Below the pieces are notes generated by a model. That model ran no database searches and was not told the DNA's origin. It worked only from the letters and a program-made list of their open reading frames with translations. Shown here in pieces: positions 54,702-64,000 of a stretch of DNA of 64,000 nt. This stretch comes from Gammaproteobacteria bacterium. Lineage in GTDB: Bacteria; Pseudomonadota; Gammaproteobacteria; Steroidobacterales; Rariloculaceae. The translations under genes were made by a program, and so were the position numbers. Position 1 is the first letter of the stretch, and each line of letters starts with the position of its first letter. The DNA lies in NCBI GenBank assembly GCA_036507635.1, contig DATCIQ010000327.1, positions 19,008-83,007 of the forward strand, written 5' to 3'.

Positions 54702-56231
54702 TCAGGCTCCGCCGGCGAGACGCTTCAGAGGTTTGACGAACAGCAACAACACGAGCCCCGATCCGACGGTCGTCAACACGATCTGCCAGTAAAGGCCCGG
54801 CATGTCGCCAACGGCGTCCGCATCGAACTGGCCGGCGAGAAGTCCCGCGATGACGTTGCCGAGCGCCGTGCCCATGAACCACATGCCCATCATCTGCCCC
54901 GTGAAACGGCGCGGCGCAAGCTTGGTCATCGCGCTCAAGCCGACGGGACTCAGCGCGAGCTCGCCCATCGTGTGCAAGAGATATGTCATGACGAGCCACG
55001 TGGGGAATACTTGCCGGCCGCTCGAGACGAGCACCGCGGCGCCGATCATGACCGCGAAGCCCAAGCCCAATATGATCAAGCCGAGAGCGAACTTGGCGGG
55101 CGTCGAGGGCTCCAAGTGACGACGCGCGAGCGCGATCCACAGCACCGAGTAAAACGGCGCGAGCAGAATGATGAATCCCGGGTTCAACGACTGGAACCAG
55201 CTCGCGGGGATCTCGAAGCCGCCGAACTCGCGCAGCGTGTAACGCTCCGCGAACAGATTCAACGATGAGCCCGCCTGCTCGAACCCGGCCCAAAACATCG
55301 CGCAAGCGAACACGAGCACGATGATCACGATGACGCGATTGCGTTCCACGCGCGTGAGGTGGCCGGTCAAGAACACATAAGCGAAATACGCAAGCGTCGC
55401 GACGAGGATCGCGACCGTCGTGCGTTGCGCCAGTTGCGTCGCATCGATCGCAATCGCGCCGCTCAATCCCGTCACGAACAACGCGGCGACCAGCACCAAT
55501 ACGACGGCTCCGACGAGACGCGCGCGGGCGCGTGTTGCCGCGGGCGCGGCGACCTCGGGATGACGGCCGGCCGCCCCGAGATCCGCGCGTGACAAGCGAT
55601 ACTGGATGAGCCCCAACAACATGCCGACTCCGGCCGCCGCGAACCCGATGTGCCAATTAGCCTCCGCCTGCAAACCGCCGATCGACAAGCGCCAGTTGCC
55701 CGCGGCCAGCCAGCCGCACACGAGCGGGCCTAAGAATCCGCCGAGGTTGATGCCGATGTAGAAGATCGTGAATCCCGAGTCGCGCCGCGCGTCGCCGGCG
55801 GCGTAGAGCTCGCCGACAATGGCGCTGATATTCGGCTTCAAGAGTCCCGTGCCGGCAATGACGAGCAGCAGGCCGCCGAAGAAGCTCGCCACTCCCGGGA
55901 TCGCGAGCACGAAGTGGCCGCACATGATGAGAATGCCGCCGACCAACACGGCTCGTTGCGCGCCCCAGAGCCGGTCGGCGATCCAGCCGCCCGGCAGGCA
56001 CACGAGATAGACCGCCGCCGTGTAGAGGCCGTAGATCGCCGTTGCGGTCCGATCCGTCAAGCCCAATCCGCCCGCACCGATTTGCTCGACCATGAACAGG
56101 ACGAGCAGCGCCCGCATGCCGTAGTAGCTGAACCGCTCCCACATCTCCGTGAAGAACAGCGTGCGGAGCCCGCGCGGGTGGCCTACCCATTGCGGCAGGT
56201 CCTCGGCGACGGTTGCAGCGTCGGTGTTCAT
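54702..56231 (-). CDS. POT/PTR2 family proton-dependent di/tripeptide transporter
   Basis: The PTR2 signature reads FFTEMWERFSYYGMRALLVLF...GGWIADR. The MFS topology has about 14 TM helices. Confidence 0.92.
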   Translation of the reverse strand: MNTDAATVAEDLPQWVGHPRGLRTLFFTEMWERFSYYGMRALLVLFMVEQIGAGGLGLTDRTATAIYGLYTAAVYLVCLPGGWIADRLWGAQRAVLVGGILIMCGHFVLAIPGVASFFGGLLLVIAGTGLLKPNISAIVGELYAAGDARRDSGFTIFYIGINLGGFLGPLVCGWLAAGNWRLSIGGLQAEANWHIGFAAAGVGMLLGLIQYRLSRADLGAAGRHPEVAAPAATRARARLVGAVVLVLVAALFVTGLSGAIAIDATQLAQRTTVAILVATLAYFAYVFLTGHLTRVERNRVIVIIVLVFACAMFWAGFEQAGSSLNLFAERYTLREFGGFEIPASWFQSLNPGFIILLAPFYSVLWIALARRHLEPSTPAKFALGLIILGLGFAVMIGAAVLVSSGRQVFPTWLVMTYLLHTMGELALSPVGLSAMTKLAPRRFTGQMMGMWFMGTALGNVIAGLLAGQFDADAVGDMPGLYWQIVLTTVGSGLVLLLFVKPLKRLAGGA

Positions 56232-56264
56232 CGATGCACTCCTGCGATCACGGAAGTCGGCGCG

Positions 56265-57077
56265 TCATTCCGCTTGATCCGCTGCTTGCTCGGCCGCGAC
56301 TTTTTCGGGAAGCATGAGTCGCGCCATGACGAGCCCCGTCTCGTAGAGAGCATACATAGGCAAGGCAAGCAGCGTTTGCGATATCACGTCGGGCGGCGTC
56401 AAGAACATGCCGATCACAAAAGCGCCGAGAAAGATGTAGGGTCGCACCCCGGCGAGCGTCTTGATCGACACCAAGCCGCTCCAAATGAGCATGAACGTTG
56501 CAATGGGCACTTCGAACGCGATGCCGAACGCGAAGAAAATCGTCAGCGCGAAACTCAGGTATTCGTTGATATCCGGCATGTTCGTGACGCTCTCGGGCGT
56601 CACGCTGATGAAGAATACGAACACGAGCCGGAACACCACAAAGTAAGCAAACGCAACGCCGGCATAGAAGAGCACGATGCTCGACGCGAGCAGCGGAATC
56701 GCGAAACGCCTCTCCTTGCGATATAGACCCGGTGCCACGAAGCGCCAGATTTGATACAGCACGATCGGCATTGCGAGGAACAGGGCCACGAACAGCGTCG
56801 TCTTGAACGGCGTGAGAAACGGCGTGGCGATCCCCGTGACGATCATCGTCGAGCCTTCGGGCAATGCTTCGCGCAGCGGCGCCGAGATCATCTCGAAGAT
56901 CTCCTGGGCGAAGGGAACGAGGCACAGGAACACGACGAGGATGCCGAGCGTCGCCTTGACGAGGCGCTGGCGGAGCTCGATCAGATGCGAGATCAGAGTT
57001 CCCTCGGCGAGCTCTTCCTTGTCTTTGGGCTCGGGATCGTTGTTGCCGAGGTTCGGTTTGATCGCAGGCTCGGTCAT
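56265..57077 (-). CDS. tatC: Twin-arginine translocase subunit TatC
   Basis: 270 aa with six TM helices. Sequences include LISHLIELRQRL, FTPFKTTLFVA and PPDVISQ. Confidence 0.95.
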   Translation of the reverse strand: MTEPAIKPNLGNNDPEPKDKEELAEGTLISHLIELRQRLVKATLGILVVFLCLVPFAQEIFEMISAPLREALPEGSTMIVTGIATPFLTPFKTTLFVALFLAMPIVLYQIWRFVAPGLYRKERRFAIPLLASSIVLFYAGVAFAYFVVFRLVFVFFISVTPESVTNMPDINEYLSFALTIFFAFGIAFEVPIATFMLIWSGLVSIKTLAGVRPYIFLGAFVIGMFLTPPDVISQTLLALPMYALYETGLVMARLMLPEKVAAEQAADQAE

Positions 57078-57394
57078 CCTGAAACCGGAGGATCTTGCGG
57101 AGGATCTTTCGGTGGATCGGCGGCCGGACTAGCGGGGCTTTTCGGCGGCTCGGTCGCGGACTTGGATGGACCGGATGCAGGCGGCGGATTCGATTCTTTG
57201 CGTTTCCGGCTCTGCTCGATCTCGCTCAATGCGATCTCGCGCTCGAGTTGATGGCGCAGCTGGCTCGCCGTGCGGCGTGCGCGCCCGACCCAACGGCCGA
57301 GCTGCGTCGCGACCTTGGGAAGGCGCTCTGGACCCAACACGAGCAAGCCGATGACGAACAGCAGCACGAGCTCGCTGAAACCGACATCGAACAT
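57074..57394 (-). CDS. tatB: Twin-arginine translocase subunit TatB
   Basis: The N-terminus reads MFDVGFSELVLLFVIGLLVLGPERLPKVATQLGRWVGRARR. There is a 4-nt overlap with tatC. Confidence 0.9.
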   Translation of the reverse strand: MFDVGFSELVLLFVIGLLVLGPERLPKVATQLGRWVGRARRTASQLRHQLEREIALSEIEQSRKRKESNPPPASGPSKSATEPPKSPASPAADPPKDPPQDPPVSG

Positions 57395-57410
57395 AGCGCG
57401 TCTCGAACGA

Positions 57411-57662
57411 TTACCCGCGCCGTTCCGTATCCTTTTCCTCGGCGAATTCGGCGTCCTTATCGCCGCCGGACTCCAGACGCTTTTGCTCCTCCGCTTTCGC
57501 CGTCGCCTTCTTTTCCTCGTCCTGGTCCATGGCTTTACGGAAGCCCTTGATCGCTCCTCCGAGATCGCCGCCGAGTGTCTTCAGGCGCTTGGTACCGAAA
57601 ACGAGCAGCACGATCACGAGAATGATCAGCAATTGCCAGATACTGATGCCGCCGAATCCCAT
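57411..57662 (-). CDS. tatA: Twin-arginine translocase subunit TatA
   Basis: The N-terminus reads [45 protein letters not shown]. Confidence 0.92.
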   Translation of the reverse strand: MGFGGISIWQLLIILVIVLLVFGTKRLKTLGGDLGGAIKGFRKAMDQDEEKKATAKAEEQKRLESGGDKDAEFAEEKDTERRG

Positions 57663-57728
57663 CTGTTGTCTCCAAAGGTGCGGTCTAAGGAATCATCATA
57701 CGTCAAAGCGAGGGGACGGACGTTTAAG

Positions 57729-58172
57729 CTACGCGTCGACTTTGAGCCAAAACGTGACGGGACCATCGTTGGTGAGCGCCACCTGCATGGCCGCGCCGAA
57801 GCGGCCCACGGCGACTCGGTCGTGGAGGGCTTCGCATTCGACGACGAGCTGCTCGAAGAGGCGTTTGCCGGCCCCGGGATCCGCGCCTCGCGAGAAGCTG
57901 GCCCGGTTTCCCGAGCTCGTATCGGCGACCAACGTGAATTGTGGGACCAGCAGTACTTCGCCGCCGATGTCGAGGACGCTCAAGTTCATCTTGCCGGCGG
58001 CGTCCGGGAATACACGATAGGCGAGGAGGCGTTCCGCAAGGCGCCGCGCTTGGGCCGCGCCATCCGTGCGCTCGACGCCGACGAGCACGAGCAGGCCGCG
58101 CCCGATGGCGGCGATGCGTGCCCCATCGACGGCAACGCTGGCTTTGCTGACGCGTTGCAGCAGACCGATCAC
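57729..58172 (-). CDS. dtd: D-aminoacyl-tRNA deacylase
   Basis: The N-terminus is MIGLLQRVSKASVAVDG, with SQFTL-like PQFTLVADT and a C-terminal NDGPVTF. The GTG start is preceded by GGAGGG. Confidence 0.93.
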   Translation of the reverse strand: MIGLLQRVSKASVAVDGARIAAIGRGLLVLVGVERTDGAAQARRLAERLLAYRVFPDAAGKMNLSVLDIGGEVLLVPQFTLVADTSSGNRASFSRGADPGAGKRLFEQLVVECEALHDRVAVGRFGAAMQVALTNDGPVTFWLKVDA

Positions 58173-58445
58173 TAGAATTCCCTCCTTATCGAGCTATCTG
58201 GTACGTCAATGTCCCACACGGGTGACGATACGCAGAAATATACGCATCGATTCTCCACTCTCCCAGCACTCGAGTACCCTCTGCCCTCCTTTCTGAAAGA
58301 ACCCTGGACCATATTCGGGTTCGTGGGTTTCTTAGAGAGATTTGCCCAATTTCGTCGAGGTAAGTGGGACTTGCGTCTCAGCGCTGGGCGTCAGAGTTGC
58401 AATCTGATATTAGTACGCGCCTCGCTCAAGGAGACTACCCATACC

Positions 58446-59534
58446 ATGAAACGCCGTGAATTTGTCAGCGGCCTCGGGGGAGCAGCGGCGCTCGCCGGCT
58501 GTGCCCGCGAACCGGCCGGCCAGGCAGCCGGCCCGCAGGACCAACAACGGTTCTCGTGGAAGCTCGTGACGACGTGGCCACCGAATTTCCCGGGTTTGGG
58601 CACCGGGGTCAACACGTTGGTTCGCTACATAGAAGAGATGAGTGGCGGCCGCATGCAGATTACCGTGTACGCGGCCAATGAGCTCATCCCGGCGCTCGAT
58701 GTGTTCGATGCCGTATCGCGCGGCACTGCGGAAATGGGACATGGAGCCGCCTACTACTGGCGCGGTAAGACCGAAGCGGCCCAGTTCTTCGCCGCCATTC
58801 CGTTCGGACTCAACGCCCATGAGATGCACGGGTGGCTCTACTATGGCGGCGGCCTCGACCTGTGGCGCGAGGTGTATGCACGGTTCAATCTCATGCCGTT
58901 TCCCGCCGGCAACACCGGCGTGCAGATGGGCGGCTGGTTCAATAAGCGCATCGACACCATGGACGATCTCAAGGGTTTGAAAATGCGCATCCCCGGGATC
59001 GGCGGAGAAGCATTGCGGCTCGCCGGCGGGACACCGGTCACATTGCCTGGATCGGAGATTTTCACGGCGTTGCAGACGGGCAGCATCGACGCGACCGAGT
59101 GGGTCGGTCCATACAACGATATCGCGATCGGCCTGCATCAAGCGGCGCGCTACTACTACTACCCGGGCTGGCAAGAGCCGGGACCGACACTCGAGTGCAT
59201 CATCAACGTCGGCGCTTGGAATCAGCTCCCAGAGGATCTCAAGGCAATCGTTCGCGTCGCCTGCCAGGCCGCGACGCTCGATATGACCTCCGAATATATG
59301 GCGCGCAACGCGAGCTCGCTGCGCCAGCTCGAGGCCGATGCCGCGGTCGAGATTTTGAGCTTCCCGCCGAGCGTGCTCGTGGGTCTCAAGGCATTGACGT
59401 TGCAAGTCATCGAAAAGCTCGCAGCCGCGGACCCGCTCGTGGCGCGAGTCTGGGAGTCTTACCGGCGCTTTCTCGATGAATCGGAGCCCTGGCAACGCAT
59501 CTCGGAGCAAGCATATCTGGCGACGCGTACATAG
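58446..59534 (+). CDS. TRAP-type transporter substrate-binding protein with Tat signal (no adjacent DctQ/DctM)
   Basis: The ATG at 58446 follows AAGGAG. The twin-arginine signal is MKRREFVSGLGGAAALAGCA. The DctP-family (mannitol/chloroaromatic type) core reads WKLVTTWPPNFPGLGTG...GHGAAYYW...GWFNKRI. Confidence 0.85.
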   Translation: MKRREFVSGLGGAAALAGCAREPAGQAAGPQDQQRFSWKLVTTWPPNFPGLGTGVNTLVRYIEEMSGGRMQITVYAANELIPALDVFDAVSRGTAEMGHGAAYYWRGKTEAAQFFAAIPFGLNAHEMHGWLYYGGGLDLWREVYARFNLMPFPAGNTGVQMGGWFNKRIDTMDDLKGLKMRIPGIGGEALRLAGGTPVTLPGSEIFTALQTGSIDATEWVGPYNDIAIGLHQAARYYYYPGWQEPGPTLECIINVGAWNQLPEDLKAIVRVACQAATLDMTSEYMARNASSLRQLEADAAVEILSFPPSVLVGLKALTLQVIEKLAAADPLVARVWESYRRFLDESEPWQRISEQAYLATRT

Positions 59535-59612
59535 CCGCGCCTACTGCCGCTCTGCTAACATTTGCTGGTTAATCACCGGAGTCATTGCTACACAAGGAGT
59601 ATCGGGAAACTC

Positions 59613-60059
59613 ATGAGAAAGAACTTAGCGCCGATTGCCGTTGTCGCCTTTTTGATAGGAAGCCAAGCGTGGGGCCAAGAGTGTTCCCTGACCGTCGAGG
59701 GCAACGACCAGATACAGTTCGTGCAGAAGGAGCTCAAGGTCAGCGGGAGCTGCGAGGAAATTACCGTCACGCTCAAGCATATCGGCCAGCTCGCGGCCAA
59801 CATCATGGGGCACAATTTCGTGCTGAGCAAAACGGAAGATTACATGGCGCTGGCGCAAGCCGGCCAATCGGCCGGGCCGCCGAACTACTTGCCGGCCGGC
59901 GATGCGCGCGTCATTGCCACGACCGACGTCATCGGCGGCGGCCAGGAAACGACGATCACATTTGCCGCGAGCGGATTGGAGCCCGGGGGCGATTACACGT
60001 TTTTTTGCTCCTTCCCGGGGCATTTCGTGCTCATGAACGGCAAGTTCATCGTCGAATAG
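59613..60059 (+). CDS. azu: Azurin (type 1 blue copper protein)
   Basis: The signal peptide is followed by ECSLTVEGNDQIQF. The copper ligands are present in GHNFVL and FFCSFPGHFVLMNG (Cys-His-Met). Confidence 0.9.
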   Translation: MRKNLAPIAVVAFLIGSQAWGQECSLTVEGNDQIQFVQKELKVSGSCEEITVTLKHIGQLAANIMGHNFVLSKTEDYMALAQAGQSAGPPNYLPAGDARVIATTDVIGGGQETTITFAASGLEPGGDYTFFCSFPGHFVLMNGKFIVE

Positions 60060-60123
60060 CTTTGTCGGTCTCTCGGCAATCCGGTGGGCACGCCGCGCCC
60101 GCTGAAAAAACGAAAGGTAGCGT

Positions 60124-61479
60124 ATGGCCTTAGCCGTCGTGTTGGTCTTGTTGGTCATAGGCTCGCTGGTATTTCACTTCGCGAGCCCCTGGTACTTCAC
60201 GCCGTTGGCGTCGAACTGGGACACGATCGATTTCACCGTCGACGTGACGTTCTGGGTCTGCGGCGTCGTTTTCGTCGCCGTCAACCTGTTCAGCGCCTAT
60301 TGCCTCGTCAAGTATCGTCACCGTAAGGGCCACAAAGCCCATTACGAGCCCGAGAGCGGCAAGCTCGAGGGGTGGTTGACCGTCGTGACGTCGGTCGGCG
60401 TCGCGGCGATGTTGACGCCGGGGCTGTTCGTGTGGGCCAATTTCGTTCGTGTGCCGGACGACGCAATGCAGATGGAAGCCGTCGGCAAGCAGTGGCACTG
60501 GGCCTTTCGCTTTCCGGGCGCGGACGGCGCTCTCGGCCACAGCGACGTGCGCTTGATGACGCCCGACAACCCGCTCGGCCTCGATCCCGCGGATCCGGCC
60601 GCGATGGACGACGTCGTCGTCGCAGAACCGATCGTCCACCTTCCCATGGGCTCGCCGGTCGAAGCGCTGCTGCGCTCGAGCGACGTGCTGCACAATTTCA
60701 CGGTCCCGCAGTTTCGCGTGAAGATGGACCTCGTGCCCGGCATGGTCACGTATCAGTGGTTCACGCCGACCGTCGCCGGAACCTACGAGATTCTGTGCGA
60801 GGAGCTTTGCGGCGTGGGGCACTTCGCGATGCGCGGCCGAGTCGTGGTCGATACGCCCGAGGATTTCGAGACGTGGCTCGCGACCAAGCCGACGTTCGCC
60901 GCAACGCTCGAGAGAGCGACGGGCAATGCCGCGGTCGGAGCCGCGACGTACGCGGTGTGCGCCGCCTGTCACGGCCCGCAAGGCGAAGGCAACATGGCGC
61001 TCAACGCGCCGAAGATCGCCGGCCTGGATTCATGGTACATACGCCGTCAGATCGCGAACTACCAGAACGGCATACGCGGCACGGATCCCCGCGACATTTA
61101 CGGGATTCAAATGGCGCCCATGGCGCGAACGCTCGCCGACGCGCAGGCCGTGGAAAACGTGATCGCCCACATTGCGACGCTGCAAGGCGCAGCGCCCGAG
61201 CCGACCGTCATCGGCGACGCAGCACGCGGCCGCAGGATCTATACGACCTGCTCGGTGTGTCACGGTCCCGCGGGGGACGGCCGGTGGAGCACGAACGCGC
61301 CGCAGCTCGCCGGCATGAGCGACTGGTACCTTGAGAGGCAACTGGGCAATTTCCGCGAGCGAATTCGCGGCGGACACGAGGCCGATATCTACGGCGACCA
61401 AATGTACATGCTCGCTTCGATCTTGAGCGGCGAGGAGGCGATCAACGATGTCGTCGCCTACATCAATACGTTGCAGTAA
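60124..61479 (+). CDS. coxB: Cytochrome c oxidase subunit II fused to a di-heme cytochrome c domain (CoxM-like)
   Basis: Two N-terminal TM helices are followed by the CuA site HNFTVP...CEELCGVGHFAMRG. Two CxxCH motifs follow (CAACHG and CSVCHG). Confidence 0.92.
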   Translation: MALAVVLVLLVIGSLVFHFASPWYFTPLASNWDTIDFTVDVTFWVCGVVFVAVNLFSAYCLVKYRHRKGHKAHYEPESGKLEGWLTVVTSVGVAAMLTPGLFVWANFVRVPDDAMQMEAVGKQWHWAFRFPGADGALGHSDVRLMTPDNPLGLDPADPAAMDDVVVAEPIVHLPMGSPVEALLRSSDVLHNFTVPQFRVKMDLVPGMVTYQWFTPTVAGTYEILCEELCGVGHFAMRGRVVVDTPEDFETWLATKPTFAATLERATGNAAVGAATYAVCAACHGPQGEGNMALNAPKIAGLDSWYIRRQIANYQNGIRGTDPRDIYGIQMAPMARTLADAQAVENVIAHIATLQGAAPEPTVIGDAARGRRIYTTCSVCHGPAGDGRWSTNAPQLAGMSDWYLERQLGNFRERIRGGHEADIYGDQMYMLASILSGEEAINDVVAYINTLQ

Positions 61480-61519
61480 TCGAAACGAGACAGCGATCTC
61501 GACTTGAGGAATCTCCGAC

Positions 61520-63262
61520 ATGGCATACGTTGCAATAGCTGACCGCGACCGTCACCTCCACGATCCGGATACCTTCATCACGAGGTACGTCTGGAGCCAG
61601 GACCACAAGGTCATCGCCATCCAGTACGGCAGCGTTGCCATCGGCGCCGGCCTCGTCGCGCTCGTGCTGTCATTGCTCATGCGTTTGCAGATCGGCTTTC
61701 CGGAAACGTTCTCGTTCATAACGCCGTACAACTACTATCAGTTCGTGACCATGCACGGCATGATCATGGTCATCTATCTGCTGACCGCCCTCTTTCTCGG
61801 CGGCTTCGGCAACTACTTGATCCCGCTCATGTGCGGCGCGCGGGACATGGTATTCCCGTATATGAACATGCTGAGCTTCTGGGTCTACTTGCTGTCGGTC
61901 ATCATCTTGATGGCGAGCTTCTTCGTGCCCGGAGGCCCCACGGGCGCCGGTTGGACGCTGTATCCGCCGCAGGCCGTGCTGCAAGGCTCGCCGGGCACCG
62001 ATTGGGGTATCGTCTTGATGCTGCTATCGCTGGTCACTTTCATCGTGGCATTCACGATGGGCGGCTTGAACTACGTGACCACGGTCCTCCAGGCGCGCTG
62101 CAAGGGCATGACGTTGATGCGCCTGCCGTTGTCCGTGTGGGGTATTTTCGTCGCGACGATTCTGGGTCTGCTCGCGTTTCCGGCGCTGCTCGTTGCCGGA
62201 ATCATGATGACGTTGGACCGAGTTGTCGGGACGAGCTTCTTCATGCCCGCCTTGCTCTCGATGGGCGAGGCGTCCGACACGCAGGGCGGCAGCCCGGTCT
62301 TGTTTCAGCACCTCTTCTGGTTCTTCGGCCATCCCGAGGTCTACATCGTCGCGCTCCCGGCTTTCGGCATCGTATCGGATCTATTGAGCACGCACGCGCG
62401 CAAGAACATTTTCGGCTATCGCATGATGGTGTGGGCAATCGTCGCGATCGGTGCGCTGTCTTTCGTCGTGTGGGCGCATCACATGTACGTGAGCGGCATG
62501 AACCCGTATTTCGGCTTCTTCTTCGCGACCACGACGCTCATCATCGCCGTGCCGACGGCCATCAAGGTGTACAACTGGGTCTTGACGCTGTGGCGCGGCG
62601 ACATTCACTTCAACTTGCCGATGCTCTGGGCCACGGGGTTTATCTTCACGTTCATCCACGGCGGATTGACGGGCCTCTTTCTCGGCAACGTGACCGTCGA
62701 TTTGCCCCTTTCGGATACCTATTTCGTCGTCGGCCATTTCCACATGGTCATGGGCGTATCGCCGGTTATGGTGCTGTTCGGCGCCATCTACCATTGGTTC
62801 CCGAAGGTGACGGGCAAGATGGCCAACGAGGTGCTCGGCAAGATCCATTTCTGGATGACGTTCCTCGGCACGTACGCGATCTATCTGCCGATGCATTATC
62901 TCGGGATTCTGGGCATGCCGCGCCGCTACTATGCGTACGGCCAGACCGACTTCATTTCGGAGTCCGCGCACGACGTCAACGCAGGAATCACGATCGCCGC
63001 GATCTTCGTCGCGACGGCGCAGCTCATCTTCCTCGTCAACGTCGTCTACAGCCTGTTGAAAGGCAAGACAGCCGACCCGAATCCGTGGCGCGCGACGACG
63101 CTCGAGTGGCAGACGCCGGATACGCCCCCCGTGCACGGGAATTGGGGGCCGAAGCTCCCCGTCGTCTACCGCTGGGCGTATGACTACAGCGTGCCGGGCG
63201 CGGATCAGGATTTCATTCCGCAAAATCACCCGACCAAGCCAGGCGAGGCGAGCGTCGGTTAG
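61520..63262 (+). CDS. coxA: Cytochrome c oxidase subunit I
   Basis: 580 aa with FFGHPEVYI, WAHHMY and VGHFHMV, plus the canonical heme a / heme a3-CuB histidines. Confidence 0.96.
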   Translation: MAYVAIADRDRHLHDPDTFITRYVWSQDHKVIAIQYGSVAIGAGLVALVLSLLMRLQIGFPETFSFITPYNYYQFVTMHGMIMVIYLLTALFLGGFGNYLIPLMCGARDMVFPYMNMLSFWVYLLSVIILMASFFVPGGPTGAGWTLYPPQAVLQGSPGTDWGIVLMLLSLVTFIVAFTMGGLNYVTTVLQARCKGMTLMRLPLSVWGIFVATILGLLAFPALLVAGIMMTLDRVVGTSFFMPALLSMGEASDTQGGSPVLFQHLFWFFGHPEVYIVALPAFGIVSDLLSTHARKNIFGYRMMVWAIVAIGALSFVVWAHHMYVSGMNPYFGFFFATTTLIIAVPTAIKVYNWVLTLWRGDIHFNLPMLWATGFIFTFIHGGLTGLFLGNVTVDLPLSDTYFVVGHFHMVMGVSPVMVLFGAIYHWFPKVTGKMANEVLGKIHFWMTFLGTYAIYLPMHYLGILGMPRRYYAYGQTDFISESAHDVNAGITIAAIFVATAQLIFLVNVVYSLLKGKTADPNPWRATTLEWQTPDTPPVHGNWGPKLPVVYRWAYDYSVPGADQDFIPQNHPTKPGEASVG

Positions 63263-63278
63263 CCTTGAGTAAGCTCCC

Positions 63279-63968
63279 ATGATGACGGGTCTCGCAATCG
63301 GCCTCTTGCTCGGCGTCACCGTCTGGTGGCTCATCGTGCAACGTCTCCGGGACAAGCCCTGGACCGTGCACGGCGTCATCTCGGGAAGCCAGGATGGCCT
63401 CACGTCGTCGGCGCCGAAAGTCGGCCTATATGTCTTCCTCGGCATGGTGGCGAGCCTGTTCATGATCTTCGCGAGCGCTTACGTCATGCGCATGGGTCAC
63501 GGTCACGGCGAGCTCCAAGAGTGGCACGCCGTCAACGAGCCCGCGTTGCTGTGGCTCAACACCGCCGTGCTGATCTTGGCGAGCTTCGTCATGCAGATCG
63601 CGTACCATCGGGCCGGCCGGAACGAGGTCGAGGGCACAAAGCGCTACTTTTCGGCGGCGGGGATCCTCACCGTCTTGTTTTTGCTCGGACAGGTGCTCGC
63701 GTGGCGGCAACTCAGGGCCGGCGGACACTACGATCACACGAACCCGGCTTTTTCGTTCTTCGTGCTGCTGACGACCGTGCACGGCCTGCATCTCGTCGGC
63801 GGTCTCGTCGTGCTGACGCGCACCGCGGCGCGCCTATGGCACGGCCTCGAGAAGGCGAGCGTCGTCCAAGTGGCCGCCGTTCGCCAAAGTGTGCAGCTGT
63901 GCACGACCTACTGGCACTTCCTGTTGCTAGTCTGGCTCGGCTTGTTCGCGCTGCTTTGGTCCACGTAA
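63279..63968 (+). CDS. Cytochrome c oxidase subunit III-like protein (CoxO-like)
   Basis: 229-aa membrane protein with the TTVHGLHLVGG and TTYWHFLLLVW blocks typical of heme-copper oxidase subunit III. Confidence 0.8.
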   Translation: MMTGLAIGLLLGVTVWWLIVQRLRDKPWTVHGVISGSQDGLTSSAPKVGLYVFLGMVASLFMIFASAYVMRMGHGHGELQEWHAVNEPALLWLNTAVLILASFVMQIAYHRAGRNEVEGTKRYFSAAGILTVLFLLGQVLAWRQLRAGGHYDHTNPAFSFFVLLTTVHGLHLVGGLVVLTRTAARLWHGLEKASVVQVAAVRQSVQLCTTYWHFLLLVWLGLFALLWST

Positions 63969-63986
63969 GGAAAGGAGCTTGAGTTC

Positions 63987-64000
63987 ATGGCACAAGACGG
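63987..64000 (+). CDS. 5' end of the next gene in the oxidase operon (truncated by the window edge)
   Basis: The ATG at 63987 is preceded by AAGGAG 8 nt upstream. Only 4 codons are visible, so the product cannot be determined. Confidence 0.2.

Noticed and set aside
63904-63920. TGGCACTTCCTGTTGCT, a sigma-54-like motif near the end of the subunit III-like gene
   Set aside because: The spacing is N6 rather than N5 between the GG and GC elements. It also encodes the conserved YWHFLLL block of the protein.

Overview
GC-rich, tightly packed chromosomal segment. I saw no rRNA, tRNA, CRISPR array, integrase or transposase. Gene content and synteny suggest a gammaproteobacterium of the Xanthomonadales/Nevskiales type: polA-engB-cytochrome c4-dsbA, tatABC-dtd, and a Bacteroidetes/Xanthomonas-style arg cluster. 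About 65 protein genes are supported, mostly housekeeping. They include a sigma-54 PAS activator, dienelactone hydrolase, a dihydroorotase-like amidohydrolase, pip, a GldA/F/G-like ABC system with a DUF4340 gene, ilvA, qor, ferredoxin reductase, gshA, bactofilin, a GGDEF-EAL protein, pspF/pspABC, mdh, fadE and gspA/gspB. Further along are a YadGH-like ABC exporter, an 8-gene arg operon running without a break into a small lipoprotein gene and polA, engB, cytochrome c4, dsbA, OPT and POT peptide transporters, tatABC, dtd, a TRAP binding protein, azurin and a CoxMNOP-like cytochrome c oxidase. The items most worth a second look are: (1) a divergent, non-flagellar pair made of an FlhC-like Cys4 protein and a protein that looks like two fused FlhD-like domains, around an AT-rich palindromic intergenic region; (2) an uncharacterised P-loop (GTxxxxGKT) gene inside an arg operon whose transcarbamylase looks N-succinylornithine-type, with no argA/argJ/argE in the cluster; (3) a four-hairpin candidate sRNA of about 120 nt with a sigma-E-like promoter in the polA-engB spacer, the Spot 42/ErsA position; (4) a self-contained sigma-54 module driving a 92-aa secreted protein; (5) a fourth psp gene that mimics the PspC/PspB C-terminal zipper; (6) two translationally coupled membrane-anchored paralogs of unknown family. 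All homology statements come from reading the translations by eye. No database search was run.
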